This document shows, piece after piece, positions 15,911 through 35,022 of a stretch of 64,000 nucleotides of DNA. Under the pieces are notes generated by a model that saw only the letters and a program-made list of their open reading frames with translations, did no database searches and was not told where the DNA came from. The position numbers and the translations under genes are program-made. The stretch lies in NCBI RefSeq assembly GCF_009914755.1, contig NC_060927.1; one strand, 5' to 3'. Origin of the DNA: the human T2T-CHM13v2.0 reference genome, Homo sapiens. Within the stretch, counting starts at the first letter, position 1. Each line of letters opens with the position of its first letter.

Positions 15911-17080
15911 ACACCTCAGGAACGTTATATCATTGCTTCTAATCTTTCTGACAACCCGGCAAAGTATCATCTCTATTTTACAGATAAGGTCATGGGGTTT
16001 GCCATTGCCAAAATGGCACCACCAAGAGTTGCATCTAAGTCTACCTGAATCCAAAGCCCACATTTCCCCTGCCATCTTGAGGGGAATACAAAACTGACTA
16101 TAATCATCCAGTGAGAAAATCATCCAACTGATCCCTCAAGTTGGGAGAAAAGGCGCTGGTCTGGTGCTCAAAAAACTCCCAGAATCAAGGCCATCCCTTT
16201 GCCTTAGCAAGTCCTCCTGACTCCAGTCCTCTCGCCTGAATCCACCCCGACACTGGACCAGAGTGAACTGAGCACGCTGCTCCTGGCCTAAAACCCTCCA
16301 GTGCCAGCCCCACATCCCCAACATCAGAGGACATAATACAGGCTTTGTAAGTTGGCAAAAAAGGGCCCTGATGGCCTGGCATCTCCCACCTTAGTGCTGT
16401 CACTCATACTGTCCCCTTGGTGTGGGAGGGGCCCTCCATTTCTTCTCTTGGATAGTTCTTAGGCATTCTTCCAGATTGTTCCCACTGCTCTAAGACATCT
16501 TGCTTAGCTCCCTGCAATTGAACCAAGTGCCCTCCCTTCTCCTGGGTCCCCAAAGTCTCTTATGCACATCTTTGGACAACACTTCATATGCAATACTAAG
16601 CATCTGCCTGTCTCCCACTAGACAATTAGTTAAGGAGGGATACAGAGACCTTATCTTATTCATATTTATACCCTTGGCACCCAGGCCAGTACCTGGAATG
16701 AAGTAGGCACTTAACTACTAAACTGAACAAACAGAGCAGAACATACTGGTGTCCCATCACAAGTCAAAGGTGGCAGAGCTTAGTGTTTGCGAGTATGAGC
16801 TCTGGGTTCAAAACCTGGCTTTAGAGCCGACTGTGGGACCAGGGAGACTTGCTTAACATCTCTGGGCTTCAACTGGACTCTATAAGATGGAAGAAATTAT
16901 AGTATACAGCTCACAGGAGTATTAATAAAACAATATACTTAAGAGTATTACAGCCATGCTTTGTACTTGGCAAGCACCATGCACATGCTAGCAAGAAGCA
17001 GCAGCTAGAGGAACTGCTGGAGGAAGAGTAAATCTTTAAGCACGAAGTCCACCTGCAGGAAACAAGAAAGCACACATCTG

Positions 17081-17268
<188 letters not shown>

Positions 17269-19599
17269 TAAATCATTGCAGTAAGTTTGGAAACCAGGGA
17301 AAGAGAAAAATCATCTAAAATGTCACCATCTGAAAACAACCACGATCACTGGTGGTTGTATCACCACGGTTGTGGTTCCAAATCTGGCCTGCGCTTCCCA
17401 CGTGGGAACGGACCCAAGAGATATCAAGCTACCCCAGGCTGGTCGGCCTCTGTCAGCCCAAAGGCTGAATGCTGGTGCTGGGAGGTGAGCACACGAGATT
17501 GGCAACAGGGACAACCTGGGCCCACAGGAGAGAAACACGAAGCCATCAAGACTCTCAAGTTCTAGGCCTGCCATCCTCTGCCCAGGGTGAGGGCACTAGT
17601 GACTCCACGCGAAGTGAATGCATGGTGTCCTGCTGCGCGGGCAGGGTGGCCCCATGGGAGGCAGAGTGGCAGGTGCTCCTCAGGCTGGTCAAGCGAGTCT
17701 TCTTCTCCCGCCTCACCAGCAGCAGGGCAGGCGCCTGGGAGGTGCCCAGGAAACACGGCAGGATTGACAGGGAGCAGGACTCAGGACACCTCATGCTTTT
17801 AGCTGATGATGGGAGACCACCTCAGCAGAGTGCTGAGGTCAGGGGTCACTAAGGTGCTCCAAGTAATTGTGTCCCCTCTCACTGGAAGGTCTGGGGGAAG
17901 GCGGGTGGTGCCTGAGGAGCCTCCAGCACCTTCTCGACACTCCCACAACCACTCCCAAGGCTTCCCACTCAGGACCTGAGTGCCGCAGGTCCTGAATCTT
18001 GCCCAATTCCCCAGCAACCTTCACACTTGCCTACCCCACATCCTGCTCCCTTCATCGTTGCATTAGGAGGCAATTCAATCAAGTACCGCCACCTCCTGTC
18101 ATATGGGATAGTGACTCGTGATAGTTTCATATGCTCAAAACCAAGATATTTTCATGCTGGAATTTCAGGTACCAAACAAAGGGTGACAGAAAAGCTATCT
18201 CTGAAGGGGGACCTTTTTAAACAACCCTCAAGGATCACACCATGTGGACGAACATCCACAGGCCTGTCCCGTCAAGAAGGCCACAGGACTCACACCCTGG
18301 GCAGAGAGGATGCTGGGGGCTCGGTGCAGCGGGGGAGCAGAACCCAGGCCGGACTGCTCACGACAGTCAGCAAGCACCTCATCTGTGTGGGAGCACCTGC
18401 GGCAGAACCCTGGCATCTCCCATCTTAGTGGGAGTTAGCCAGCACACGACCCTGGATTCCAAACCCACTCCTCCTGCCCCACCATCTAGCCTCCCCCTGT
18501 GGCAGGGACAGCTTCCAATGCCACCTTCTGTCACTCTTTTCCACAAAAGAGGCTCAGAGCAGAAGCCTCAGAGCCTCACTATGTTTCATTAAATAAGATG
18601 GGATTATTATTCACTCACTCACTCACTCATTCATTCATCCATCCACCAACCCATCCACCCATCCTCCACACAGCTGTCAGTGGGGTCTTTGTAAAGTATA
18701 AATAAAATTATGTCACCCTCCACTCAAAACTTCCATGACACAAATCTGTCAAAAGTCCAACTTCACATTTAAGATCTGTGCAATTTACTTCATGTAAACA
18801 ATACCTCCATAAAATTGAAACACACAAACACAACCCCCCCATGCCTTTCCACGGCAGATAGAAGAAACGGCAGGCTCCTTCTCTGGCCAACGTCCCATGT
18901 GACTTAGGCTCCACATATTCACATGGGGCTTCTCTTGATGCGGCACCCACAAGTTCCACCCTGCCCCTGCCCCTCTGGCTCATGCGGCACCTTCCGTCTG
19001 GAACACTCTTCTCCCGGGTCACCAAGTGGCTGGCTTCTTTTTGTTCCTGTCTCAGCGCTCAGGAAGCCTCCTCTGACTGCCTCAACCACGGGTGTGCTTG
19101 TCCCACCTTGTCCCATCCCTCAGTCTCATTTCCCTGCTTGGTTTTCTTCATAGCATTAATCTCAGAAATTCTTACATTTTCTTACTACTGTCTTCTCCCT
19201 ACTAGAAAGTAAGCTCTGTAAGACCAGGACCTTCTGCTCTGTTTACCTCTGTATTCCTAGCACTTAGAGGGAGCCTGGCTCCAAACAGGTAGCTAAACAG
19301 TATTTGTTGAACAAAGGAATTCATTCAGTCTGTCACTTTTAAGCCATATTTACTGAGTCCTGTCCAGGTGTTTACTGTCAATTCAACAAGTTTCATGAAT
19401 TTCTGTGATGGGTTCTCCCAGAAGCAGTTTGCAAGTTATTAGTCCTACAACAGGAAGGACTAAACTGCTTTGGTTATGGATGATGTAAGCTGTACGCAAG
19501 ACTGTCAGAGGCCAACTACTCCAAAACTTTCTTCCTCGTAAATAACTGGAAGTCAGGATGAACTGGCTCGGCAAAGACTCCCTCACCATATCTGACCTG

Positions 19600-19944
<345 letters not shown>

Positions 19945-21569
19945 TGATAATCTGGTCTAAGTGCTCATGAACATTTTTTGGTAAAGACTTAATTTCTTCT
20001 GAACCAGATGAAGCCCAGGTTCTAAGTTTAGCCAGCTTTAATCCTGCTCCATGGAGGTTTGGCCGAAGGCTGAGAAATAAATAACAAAAACAAAAAGCAA
20101 CAACCTCCCCCCACCACCCTAAATTGTCTAGCAAATAAATATGCTAAATTCTCTGAACACAGGCCTCCTTGAAACCACTGCTTCCCCCAGGAGCAGGGCT
20201 GTGGTGTCATCTGCTAAGATAATGATGGCAGTAGGAGCGAGGGGGCATTATCACTGTATGTGTGTTCCATGGGGGATTCTGTTTGATGGAAAGAAATACA
20301 AATTGCTGATAAACACATATGCAACCTTAATAACAGCAATTTTGAAGATGCAAATTAGTATTGATTTTTGCCCAGATTAGCAAAGGTTAAAACATTTGGT
20401 GAGGATATTAGGAAACAGGTACTCTTAAAACACTGGTAGAAAAGCGAGTTGTACAACCACTTGGTAAGCGTGGGGAAGTGGATTTGCAATTCTCGGCTCC
20501 AGAACCACCCAGGTTAAAGAAGTCATTAAACTGGTACCAAGGGTAGCCTCAGTGAACTAACTGAGCCTTCTGGGAACCAGACACTAGAGGCAGAGATATC
20601 AGAGTTGCTGCTCCAAGAGCCCTAGGGGTGGGGTGGGAGGTGCAGGGATGAGGCTTCCAGGATGCAGAATTTGACCTAAGAGCCAAGAGGCGCTGGGGAC
20701 CTGTAAGTACTTGCTAATGAGGGCTTGTTAGTGTACGTTCTTCCTGAATACTGATGGAAGCCCCAAGAATAATGGGGCTGTCCTGGAAGGACCCTACCCT
20801 GTGAGCCAGTATCCTGGGCAGCTGGGGAACTCACAGAGAAATGCTGCATCTGCTCCTGCCATGCATCACCACTACACTGCTAACTCCAATTCCCTGGACA
20901 AATAAATTCAGGAATTTCATTCAATCTCATAGCGGGCAACGATATGTGTGTGTGTGTTTTCCACCAGTCCACAAAACACATGAAAAGTTGCGTCAGGTTA
21001 TTTTGGCATATCTATCACGATTTTAAATGTTTATAAACTGTGACTCAGCTTTTCCTCTATAGTTACACCTCCACAAATGCCCACAAGTCTGTGTAGAAGA
21101 GCACTCACTGCAGCATTGTCTTTAAGAGTGGAAGATTTAGAAACCAGCTAAATGTCCATCGATAGGGAAGGGGTTGATCATATGTGATTATGCAATGGAT
21201 GTCAACTGTGAAGTATACTTACAATGCGTGAGTTTTATGGTACATAAATTATACCTCAATAAAACTATTTAAAAAGTGAGGTAGATCTATCTGCATTGAA
21301 ATGGAAAAAACCCTCATGCTAAATGGGGGGAAAAAAGCAAATCATTAAAACGGTCAATGTGTAATGTGAACCCATTTTTATACATCAACAAAAGATACAC
21401 ACACACACAGAAATTCAGAGGCATATACAATAAACTATTAACCATGGTTAGCTCTCTAGAGGATGGACTTACAGTGAACTGAACTTTCACTTTCTATGCT
21501 ATGTCTTTTCATAATGTTTTAGTTGCTTACAGTGAGAATGTATTACTTTTGTAGTAACAACAAAAAAGA

Positions 21570-21924
<355 letters not shown>

Positions 21925-23450
21925 TTAAAAACCTTCCTCAAACCCAACTCATTTAGAAAATCTCCTTCTAAGAGAAAAGCTTCCAGCAGGCAGAACTCAC
22001 GAGAGACGGAAAATGCGCCACTTTAGTCTGCAACTGAACCCACATCAAGGAGGTCTAGGATCACTGCTGCGCTGTTATCTATGGTAGATGGGAGGTCCCT
22101 GTGCTCCTGTATGCTAACAGGCATAAGCTGGAATAAAATGTTCATTGTGTATGTTTCTACTTTTTTGTATTCCCCAGTTTCACTACCTCTTAAAAATTAA
22201 CAAATAGTTCTAATTTGTGTTGGATAAGAGGACCTTGACTATAAAAAGTTTTCTTTACCCAAAGAACTGACCTTCACTGCAACCTTGTGGTTAGTCAAAT
22301 TCTTAGAAGAAGGCATGGCCGTGGAGTCTGCATTTCTCAGAGGTAACACGTGTAGCCCCTGGCCAGCCCCACCACAGAAGCTCATCCTCAGCTCAAGCAG
22401 CACAGACATTAATCTCTCTGCCTCCTAGTCAGAGGAGACACCTGCTGGCCCCCTCACACAGTGGCCCCATCACACAGCAAATCGCAGGTTAGATTTCTGT
22501 CCCCGTAACCCAAGGCTCCCACACCATTCTAGCTGCTTAGAGTGGTCCCAACTTGGCAGAGAACAGAATGAATAACGGGTATGGAGAGGGGTACTTTTGA
22601 TGTTGTTTTCACTCTTTGAATCTGGAAGGAAAGGGTGGGAGTCTTGAGGTCCACCTGTCAAGAGTTAAGTCCAGAAGCCAAAGGACATCAAAGTTGCCAA
22701 TTCACTTAACTGGGTCACTCAACTTACTAGGATAAACCCCCAGTGCAGTAGGTTTCATTCATAAAGATGATTACACCTGCCCTCTTGACATCTGTAGGTC
22801 AAATACTTTAAATGCCATTCCCCAGCAGGGGTGGAGGGGCCACTCAGCCGGCCCCCTCCCTCATCCAGAAGCCCTTGTGAGCACTGAGAGGTACCCATGA
22901 GCAGCCAGCTCACCTGGAGAAGCAGTGTGAGGGTGGCTGGCAAGGACAGGCTCACCTGACATGATCCCCAACAGCACCCTGCTTTACCATCAAAGACAGC
23001 CTCCTCTACTCCCTAAAGCCAGTATGCATTCAACTGAGTTCCCATGAGGAGATCTGAGAAAGTCTCATCACATAAGGTGTTATCAACATCAGCAATACTG
23101 GTGGCCCTAGACACTTAAGCTAAATTAATTCCATCATTCCTCACTCAACCCTAGGAAGTGGATAGAATCATCCTAATTTTCAGATGGCAAAACTGATGCT
23201 CAGAGCAGTTAAGGAACTTGCTGAAGTCCAACAGGCAGCAAGCACTAGGGTCAGGACCAGAACCCAGGCCACTGCTGACCCTCACCTACCACTGAACAGC
23301 AAGGCACCAGCATCAGGACTGATGGAGCCTGGTCCCTTGATACAAAACGCAAAGCTTATCAAACTTGGGCCTTTATGTGCAACCCAGACAGCATTATCGA
23401 AAAACAAGAATGGCTTCTAAAAGAGAATTAGCTTAGAACACTTAAATCTA

Positions 23451-23904
23451 CAGTTGGCCCTTGAAGAACATGAGTTTGAACTGCATGGGTCCACTTATAC
23501 ACGGATTTTCTCCCATCTCTGCCACCCGACACGGCAAGACCAACCCTGAATCCTCCTCCTCCTCGGCTTTCAATTTGAAGATCAAGAGGATGAAAACCAT
23601 TACGAACACAAGTTTTCATGATAATCCACTTCCATTTAATGAATAGCAGATACATTTTCTCTTCCTTATGATTTTTCTTACTAACATTTCTTAATAACAT
23701 TTTTTCTCATTTTATTGTAAGAATACCATATATAATACATATATAAAATATGTGTTAATTGGCTGTTTATGTTATTGGGTCAGGCTTCTAGTCAACACTA
23801 GGCTATTAGCAGTTAAGTTTTTGGGGAGTCAGAAGTTATATGCGGGTTTTCAACTGTGTGGAGTGTTGACTGCTCTAACCCCCACGCTGTTCAAGGATCA
23901 ACTG
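23451..23904. mobile_element. Tigger2a/MER28-like TcMar DNA transposon (non-autonomous)
   Basis: TIRs CAGTTGGCCCTTGAAGAACATG and (reverse complement) CAGTTGATCCTTGAACAGCGTG; TA on the left flank, TG on the right. Confidence 0.82.
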
Positions 23905-24804
23905 TGGGTGGAAAAACAATTCAAGAATGTTATTCTACACTGAAGGTAGGTGGCTAGTGTCTACATTTATAATATATACATAGTCCAAAATTTCAAGGCT
24001 TGTGATAAAAAGTCAACTCAAGTCTTAATGCAGGTTAAAACTGAGAATGGCCATTGAAGTTCACTGGCACAGGCCACACTGGCTGAGTCCATAACAGGTC
24101 TCCTCTGACACACCCTGCCTGTGGCTGCTTCTGCCATCACTCTTTAACACAGCTCACGCTTTTGGGCAACCCAGTGCCTGCCTCTGCCAGACCAGCCTGA
24201 AGCTGGGAGAGGGAAGGAAGAAAGCCCATGTTTACCAAGAGTGTGCAACATCCCTCCACCTTCACATGCCTCAGCCACCTGCCACTGGCTGCGGCTCCAG
24301 GCTTGTGCTCTTGGGCTGTCATGACCAAGTGGCACAATGTTAGGAAGGTCAGTTCGTAGGTGGGAAGAGTTCCCTTTCTCATGCCATAGTCTAGAACAAA
24401 CTCCCTGGACAAACCAATGAGCATAAGTAAATGTGTGCCATGGCAGGGGGCACAGAAACAGCAGTAAGAGTAGGCATTGGAGGGGAAAGGGCAGAGGCCT
24501 AGGACAGAGGAATTCTGGGTTCTAGTCCTGGCTCAGCCTCTGACCTGCTGGAAAGTCTCCGGTGAGCCATTCAATCCCTCCAGTTCGACCTGTACATGAA
24601 GTCTTGGATTAAGCTGTATTTTCCCAATTCTAATAACTGATGACATGGTGTGAACTGTCCTACCTCCCCAGGGTTGTGTGACGTGGCGGCCAGTCAGCCA
24701 TGGTGGGCCTCAGTGAGCTAACACTCAGCACCCACCCTGCACCCGGCAGTGCCAAGCACTGTATCTCACTTAATTCTCATAACCCATTAAGATAGGTAAT
24801 CACT

Positions 24805-25200
<396 letters not shown>

Positions 25201-25263
25201 TCATGAGAGGCAAGGGACCAAATTTACGCAGTCTGATGCTAGACACCACGCATGTGACCAACA

Positions 25264-25595
25264 GGCTGTACCATCTCTGTTCCCTGGTCTAGGAACCCTA
25301 TGGTCCAGGCTATACCACCTCATGCCCTGGTCTAGAAGTCTGATGGTCCTGGCTGTACCACCTCTGCTCCCGGGCCTAGGAACCCTATGGTCCAGGCTGT
25401 ATCACCTCTTTGCCTGGTTTAGGAATCCTATGGTCCTGGCTGTATCACCTCATTCCCTGGTCTAGGAACCCTGTGGTCCCGGCTGTACCACCTCTGCTCC
25501 CTGGTCTAGGAACCCTATGGTCCTGGATGTATTAGTTTTGTTTCCTTGTGTAGAAACCCTACATTCCTGGCTACACTATCTCTGTTCCCTGGTCC
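25264..25595. repeat. Minisatellite, about 7.5 copies of a 43-44-bp unit (GGCTGTACCACCTCTGCTCCCTGGTCTAGGAACCCTATGGTCCW)
   Basis: Directly visible tandem units that degenerate toward the right end. Confidence 0.92.
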
Positions 25596-27875
25596 CTTTG
25601 GATGACAAAGACTTTTCTCCCTGATTGTCTCGTGAGCCTACCTAAATGCATTTTTATTCTGATAGCATCGAACAGAAACATCTCCACTGGTTTTCCAAGG
25701 GCACACACCTACAACCAAGAGAAGCTGGCTGGTTATGAAGCTACATAAAGAAGTCAAGGACAAGTCCAAGTTCAGAGGACCAGCTCCCCAGGGTTCCAGA
25801 AGGCCATATCTAACCTTCTCAACAGATAAGAGCCGATAGGACACTGCCTTCAGGAGTGGGTGGGACTGCCAATAGCATGGCAGATGAGCAGTCTACTGAG
25901 AGGCTCCAACGGCAGTGCAAGTGCACGGATGTTGCGATAGCATCCACTGACTTTGTGAGGGTGTTACACCTTTACTCAAGTAAAAAAACTCTTCTTCTGG
26001 GAACACTGGGCTTTACCTTAGAATTTTATTGATGGAAGAGAATTAATAAGCATGCTAGGCAGAACAATTAAAGGAAGACCAGTTCTTCTCATGATACTAG
26101 AATTATTAAATTACACATAAGACCTTTGCCCTAGCTCCTCAGCCCAATGAAGTTGGCACCCAGAGTCTTCTCCTTTCAAACCATACAAGTTGTGTAACTA
26201 GGCAGATCTGAGAAGAGAAACAACAGAGCTCATGTCCTCAGTCCCCAGGCCTACGAGTCAGGTGGCCAGAGACAGGGCAGCAGACAGCAGCCAAGGCAGC
26301 CTTTGACCACCAGGAGGCTTGGGACCTTAACAAATCATCACCCGCTATGAGCTAAAATACCTGTAGCCCTACTTGGCCGGCAGTGGGAATCCCTTCCAGA
26401 GTAGTCTGATGGATACTTCAGGAGCCTTGAGGTTCTTCTCACAGCTACTGACGCCTCTCCTCCACTTAGGAAGAACAGGAGGACCAGGAGGGAAGAACAA
26501 GTGATACACGAGAAGCATGTACACCAGTACAGGGGGATATACAATGTAAATAAACCAAGACTCTGAGAACTGGGAACACCGGCTGCGTGAGGAAAGGGAG
26601 AGTCTCAGTCAGAATAGGATTCCTCAACTCCCAATGCTCACTTTGTTCATCTCTCTACTTAGATCTCTCAAATTTTCCTTCCACAAAGGAGCTGGAAAAA
26701 CCACCATCACATGGCATGGAAGTCATAAAAGGCACCATGAAATTAAGTTTTTCTGTCCCTCTTGTCCTATCATGCAGAGTGCATGGTAAGCACCCCAAGG
26801 CATGAGGCTGGCAGAGAGCTTGCTTAAAGAACACGTGGAAAAGGAGCTCTGCCTCCTAGCCAGCCTCCTTCCCTGAGGGCTCTGAACCCTAGCTACATGA
26901 AGTGAGGGGAAGCCACCAGAGCCTCTGGAATTCTGGAGACGGGCTTGCTGGGTGATGTTTCTGGGGTTGTATCACAATGATGTCTTCTTTGATTCCTGCC
27001 TTCCTAAAATTCTAGAAAGAACATAAATCAACCCCAGAGAATCAGCATGCTCTGGCCCTGCTATTTCTCATTTGAAACAGGTTTGCTATGCCAGCTCCCA
27101 CTCAGAAAGGCCAAGCACAGTTCATGAGATCCTAGATAAAAGGAGGCTTAGGGCCCGGGTGGGGCCCTCCAACCTGTCCTCAGACTCTCCAACCAGGCAA
27201 CGGTGTGCATCAAGAGAGTCCCAATCAGCACGCATCCTTCTGACGTGCTCTTCACCAAGCCACCTGCAGGAGACTTAGCTTCGCACACCTGATGCTATAC
27301 AAGAGGGACCAGATGTGGGTGGGGCAAGCACAGAACCAGAGAAAGCAGAGTTAAAACACTGTCAAGAGTGGACCAAACAACAAATATGTACAATTATTAC
27401 ATATTCATTATAAGTAAAAAGAAAAAAAGACCAAATCATCTGCTATAAGAACCAGGAGAGTGGTGACTGAGTCTCAGCACATTCTAGGGACAGGAGAAAA
27501 GCAGGTGGCTGGGGAAAAACCCAGTGGGAGTGCTCACAGCAGAGAACGAAGACTCAGCCAAGCTCCATTCGCACTTCCTTTCCCGTAGCATTGGAGACAG
27601 AGCTCCTGGGGCTGCTGGTACCTTTGAAAGGGCTCATAGGAAAAGGGAGATCCATCAACTGCCTCCTTACAAAGGAGGTACTGAAACAAAGCCACACAAC
27701 TGAGAAGACCAAAAATGTGTAGAAAGTCACTATGCATGGAATGAGCTGGCTGTTTCAATATTAGCTTCTGTTTGACTCCCACATGCAATTCAAAGGCTCA
27801 CTATATAACAAAAATAGTCTGAAATTCATCTTTGTTCACCAATCCATTGTGGACTATAGAAACTCAGATTTCCTA

Positions 27876-28212
<337 letters not shown>

Positions 28213-28412
28213 TGTAAACAGTGACAATCAGGTAGGCTTGCTAAGGGTAAGGCACATATGCAATTAAACATAATAGAAAATGTGGAAAAAAAAAGAATAT
28301 GACAAACCGCCTCTCTGAAATCCTTAAGACTGAAAAAGTAGCTAACTCCTACTCTGGATGACAGGTTTGCTGGTATCTGAGCCTGTTTAAACTATCTTCA
28401 AGAACTCAGGAG

Positions 28413-28710
<298 letters not shown>

Positions 28711-28940
28711 AGAACTCAGGAGGAATAGCAATGCTACAAACCACTCTGGGATTCCGACAGCCCTGCTCACTGATGAAATCCAATTGATAAGCCCAATAGA
28801 TAAATATACCTGAATCAGTCTTTGCTCACTTTGCATACAAGCCTAGAATAGTTACTTGTTCAAGTGGTCTACCTTCCTAAGCAGGCTATGGACTCTTAGA
28901 GAACAGGAATCAAGTTTCCTAACTTCTCTCACAGCTTTGC

Positions 28941-29435
28941 TATGTTAGTTTTGTACCACTGTGTCACAAATTACTACAAAACTTAATGGCCTAAAGAAGT
29001 AAACATTTACTATTGGCTGCGTAGTTCTGGCTCATGTTCTCTTGTAAGGCTGCAGCCAATCTGTCAGCCAGGGCTGCATCACCGGAAGTCTTGACTGGGG
29101 CTGGAGGATGTGCTTCTCAGAAGGCTCACACAGGGCTGGGGGCTGGGGTCCTTAGCTCCTCACCACGTGGGTCTCTTCACAGGACTGCCTGAAAGTCCTC
29201 AAGACATGACGGCTGGCTCTCCCCAGAGCAAGGGACCCAGCAGGGAGGAAGCAAGCAAGTACCCTTAAGATGGAAGCTGCAGTCTTCATAATAACCTGAT
29301 CTCGGAAGCCATGTGGCTTCACTTCTAGCACATTCTATTGGTCTCGTAAACTAACCTTGAGGAAAGGGACTATACAAGGGTGTGAACATCATGAGTGGGG
29401 ATGGCTGGGGTCCATCATGGAGGTGACCTGCCACA
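28941..29435 (-). mobile_element. MLT1 (F/G-like) MaLR LTR remnant
   Basis: acaaattactacaaaacttaatggc ... gactggggctggagga ... ctgccaca. Confidence 0.65.
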
Positions 29436-30169
29436 TTTGTCATTCTAAGTTCTCAGGACGTTTTTACTGGATGTGGCATGGATGCATCTTTCAAGGGGGA
29501 ACTTGAAGCTGCTGCTTTGCTTTCAAATTCAGTCTTGGCTGACACGCTCATGCTCTCTGTTGACCTACTTGGCTAACAGCTCTTCAAGGTAGGAAAAAAG
29601 AACAAGGCACTAGAAGTAGTCACCACAGTGTTTCTGTCCACCCCGAAAGGAAATTTCCTTTCCCCTATTCTACTTCAACAACCAAAAAAGGTATTTGAAG
29701 CTAAATTTGGTTTCTCATTCCCCCAAACAAGGGGTATCCTATCGGTGCAATGAGGAGTCTGCTAACAAGGGCAGTTTGGACAAAAATGATGCCACGGAGG
29801 GGTATGAAGAAGGGCTTAGGACCTGGCAATTAAGAGTCGGCCACAGCAGTGCATGGGAGGATGGAGAAAGGCATCATAAACAGGGGACGCCGAGAGCACT
29901 TGATTTCCCAGCACGGCTTCTAGGAGCCTAAAACCACATCCCTGCACTGCTTCTCACTGTAGCGGTGGCAAGTAGTTTTTAACTAAAGAAAGCAACTCAA
30001 TTTCTTCCAAACGTCTGTAACTTGTTACTATCACACTTAACTCATGACATGGTAACTAAAGATGTCAAAACTTACAAAGGGGCCAAGGAGCTGAGTTGGA
30101 ATGGTCATTACCAGGTTTGGAGCCACCTACTTTGAGGAAGGATCAAAGCGCTTTCATCCAGTTTTTAAA

Positions 30170-32950
<2,781 letters not shown>

Positions 32951-33319
32951 GTTCTATATCTGTTACTCCTTCATGGGCAAAAGCCTCCTCATCCTTTAGC
33001 ACAGGCTCAAATGTTAAATTTATCCACACAGGAAAGATTCCTCTGGCTTCCAGGACAAGGCCCATGGACTCCAATCTCAAAATGAAAAGCCTTTGGCTTC
33101 TTCCCAGTCTGTCTATCATGCCTAGAAAAAACATTTCAGTGAGGCTCTCAGTCAAAAAAACCAAGCAGGTCAGGGACAGTGGGGACCAAATGGTGTTTAA
33201 GACCTCCACATGCAGAGGACAGGAACGTGCAGAGGTCAGCGAAGCAGCATTGTGTGTCAAGCAGCACATGTGTATGCTGCACATGGCAGCAGGCAAGCAG
33301 AATGGCAGGGGGTGCAAGG

Positions 33320-33545
33320 CCCCAGTCCTGCAGTGAGGCCCACTGGGTTTGAATTCCAGTTCTGCCACACAGTGATTGTCACATCCTTAGACAGGGGCCT
33401 TAACCTCTCAGTGCCTGTTTTCCCAGGTGTAAAGTAAGATGATATGAGTACTCATCTCATAGGGATAATATGAAAAGTAAATGAGTTGACATACGTGAAG
33501 CACTTACAAGACTTGACACGTAATGAGTACTCTACACATGTGACT
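33320..33545 (+). mobile_element. MIR (representative; others at about 8.5, 16.0, 16.8, 23.2, 24.5, 36.5 and 39.0 kb)
   Basis: ctgggtttgaattccagttctgccac..cttaacctctcagtgcct..tgtaaa core. Confidence 0.65.
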
Positions 33546-33689
33546 CAGTTTCGTCACCAGAGAGTTACCAGATCAAAAACTGGCTGGAGGACCTTCACTC
33601 TGTATTTGTGGCTCCCTTCCAAATGGGGGAGGCTTTCCAAGAAAGACTGAAAACAGATCTTATATTTACATTGTTTCAAAATATCTCCC

Positions 33690-34235
33690 TGTAAATCAGT
33701 TATTAATTACAAAGGGAAAAATTGTAACTTCACAGTGAGAGAGCTGGAGGAGCAACCCTACCCCAGTTATCAATGAAACCTTCACCAACACTAGAATCAA
33801 CTGACACCAGGCACCTCAGGTTATGATGCACTGAGTAGGCCATGGCATCACGTATGCAGGCAGCAGCCTGCCAAAAACATGTAACCTGAATGTAATCATG
33901 AGAAAATATCAGACAAACCCAATCTGGGACATTTTACAGAATCACTGGCCTATACTTCTCAAAAGTGTCAAGGCTAGGAAGGACAAAGAAAGGCCAAAGA
34001 ACAATTCCAGACTAAAGGAGACTAAAGCAATGTGGCAATTAAATGTCAAGTGTGCCTCTGGACCAGGAGAAAAAAAAGCGATGACAGTATTCAGGCAATT
34101 GATGAAATGTGAACATGGACTGTGGATTGTTAATAACATATTAATGTTAAATTTCCTGAGTTTTGATCATTATACTGTGGTTACATAAAAGAACACCTGT
34201 GTCCTTAGAAAATGCATGCTGAAGTATTTAGTAGT
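33690..34235 (+). mobile_element. Old L1 3'-end fragment (L1MC/MD-like)
   Basis: aacctgaatgtaatcatgagaaaatatcagacaaaccc ... atgctgaagtattta; resembles 39620-40500. Confidence 0.65.
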
Positions 34236-34982
34236 TAGAAACGAAAATAATCCCAGCCTCCTTCCACCTCCCAAGATCTCACTGCTCAGCAGCAAACTTG
34301 GACTGGAGGAGCATTTCGCCATAGCATCTTCAGGTGGCACTGTGTGCCAGCACAGCCTGGCTGGTGGACCGGACCCAGGCACAGGCAGAGGCCTATTCTG
34401 TACCACACAGACTGGATGTTTGCGGCACAGGAAAAGCTGGCAAAAGGAAGATGGGGGCAGTAGGCTCAGGAGCCTGGCTGTCCTGCAAGACACAAGGATG
34501 CTGCCTTAGACCTACACTAAGAAGGACCACACATGGCACCACAGCAGCTACAGCCAATGAGAACAAGCACCAAGCAGCTTCCTGGTAGGGCTCAGCAGTT
34601 CACAAATGCTTTGAGACAGTGCCTCTCCTACCCACGACCTGCCTCCATGCCCTTATGCCTCATATCACCCCACACCAAACTTCATCCGTCACCACATCCA
34701 CACTAGCCTGGCCTGAGGACCTCCGTGACTGGGAGAATGAGATTTCACTATAAAATGGCTGCATCCAGGATAAGGTCCTGTCCATAGCAGCAACATTCCA
34801 ACCCAGCTCATGGTGACACTATGGCATGTGTGCTGGACATTTTCCTGAAGGTTTTTACCTATTTAGAATATTAGTAAATGATTTATTTAAACACACTGGG
34901 AAAAAATTCAATATGTAATCTGCTAAATGGATTAATAGGCAATTTAGCATCCCTGTTTGCTCTAACTTCATATAACAGAATC

Positions 34983-34984
<2 letters not shown>

Positions 34985-35020
<36 letters not shown>
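34985..35020. repeat. T36 homopolymer
   Basis: Direct count. Confidence 0.95.

Positions 35021-35022
<2 letters not shown>

Noticed and set aside
17287-18430. Cluster of overlapping ORFs in GC-rich unique sequence as a possible processed pseudogene
   Set aside because: No recognisable protein similarity, poly(A) tail or TSD; a BLASTX search would be needed to exclude it fully.
25264-25595. CRISPR-like array
   Set aside because: Units are contiguous tandem copies with no unique spacers, the context is eukaryotic, and there are no cas genes.
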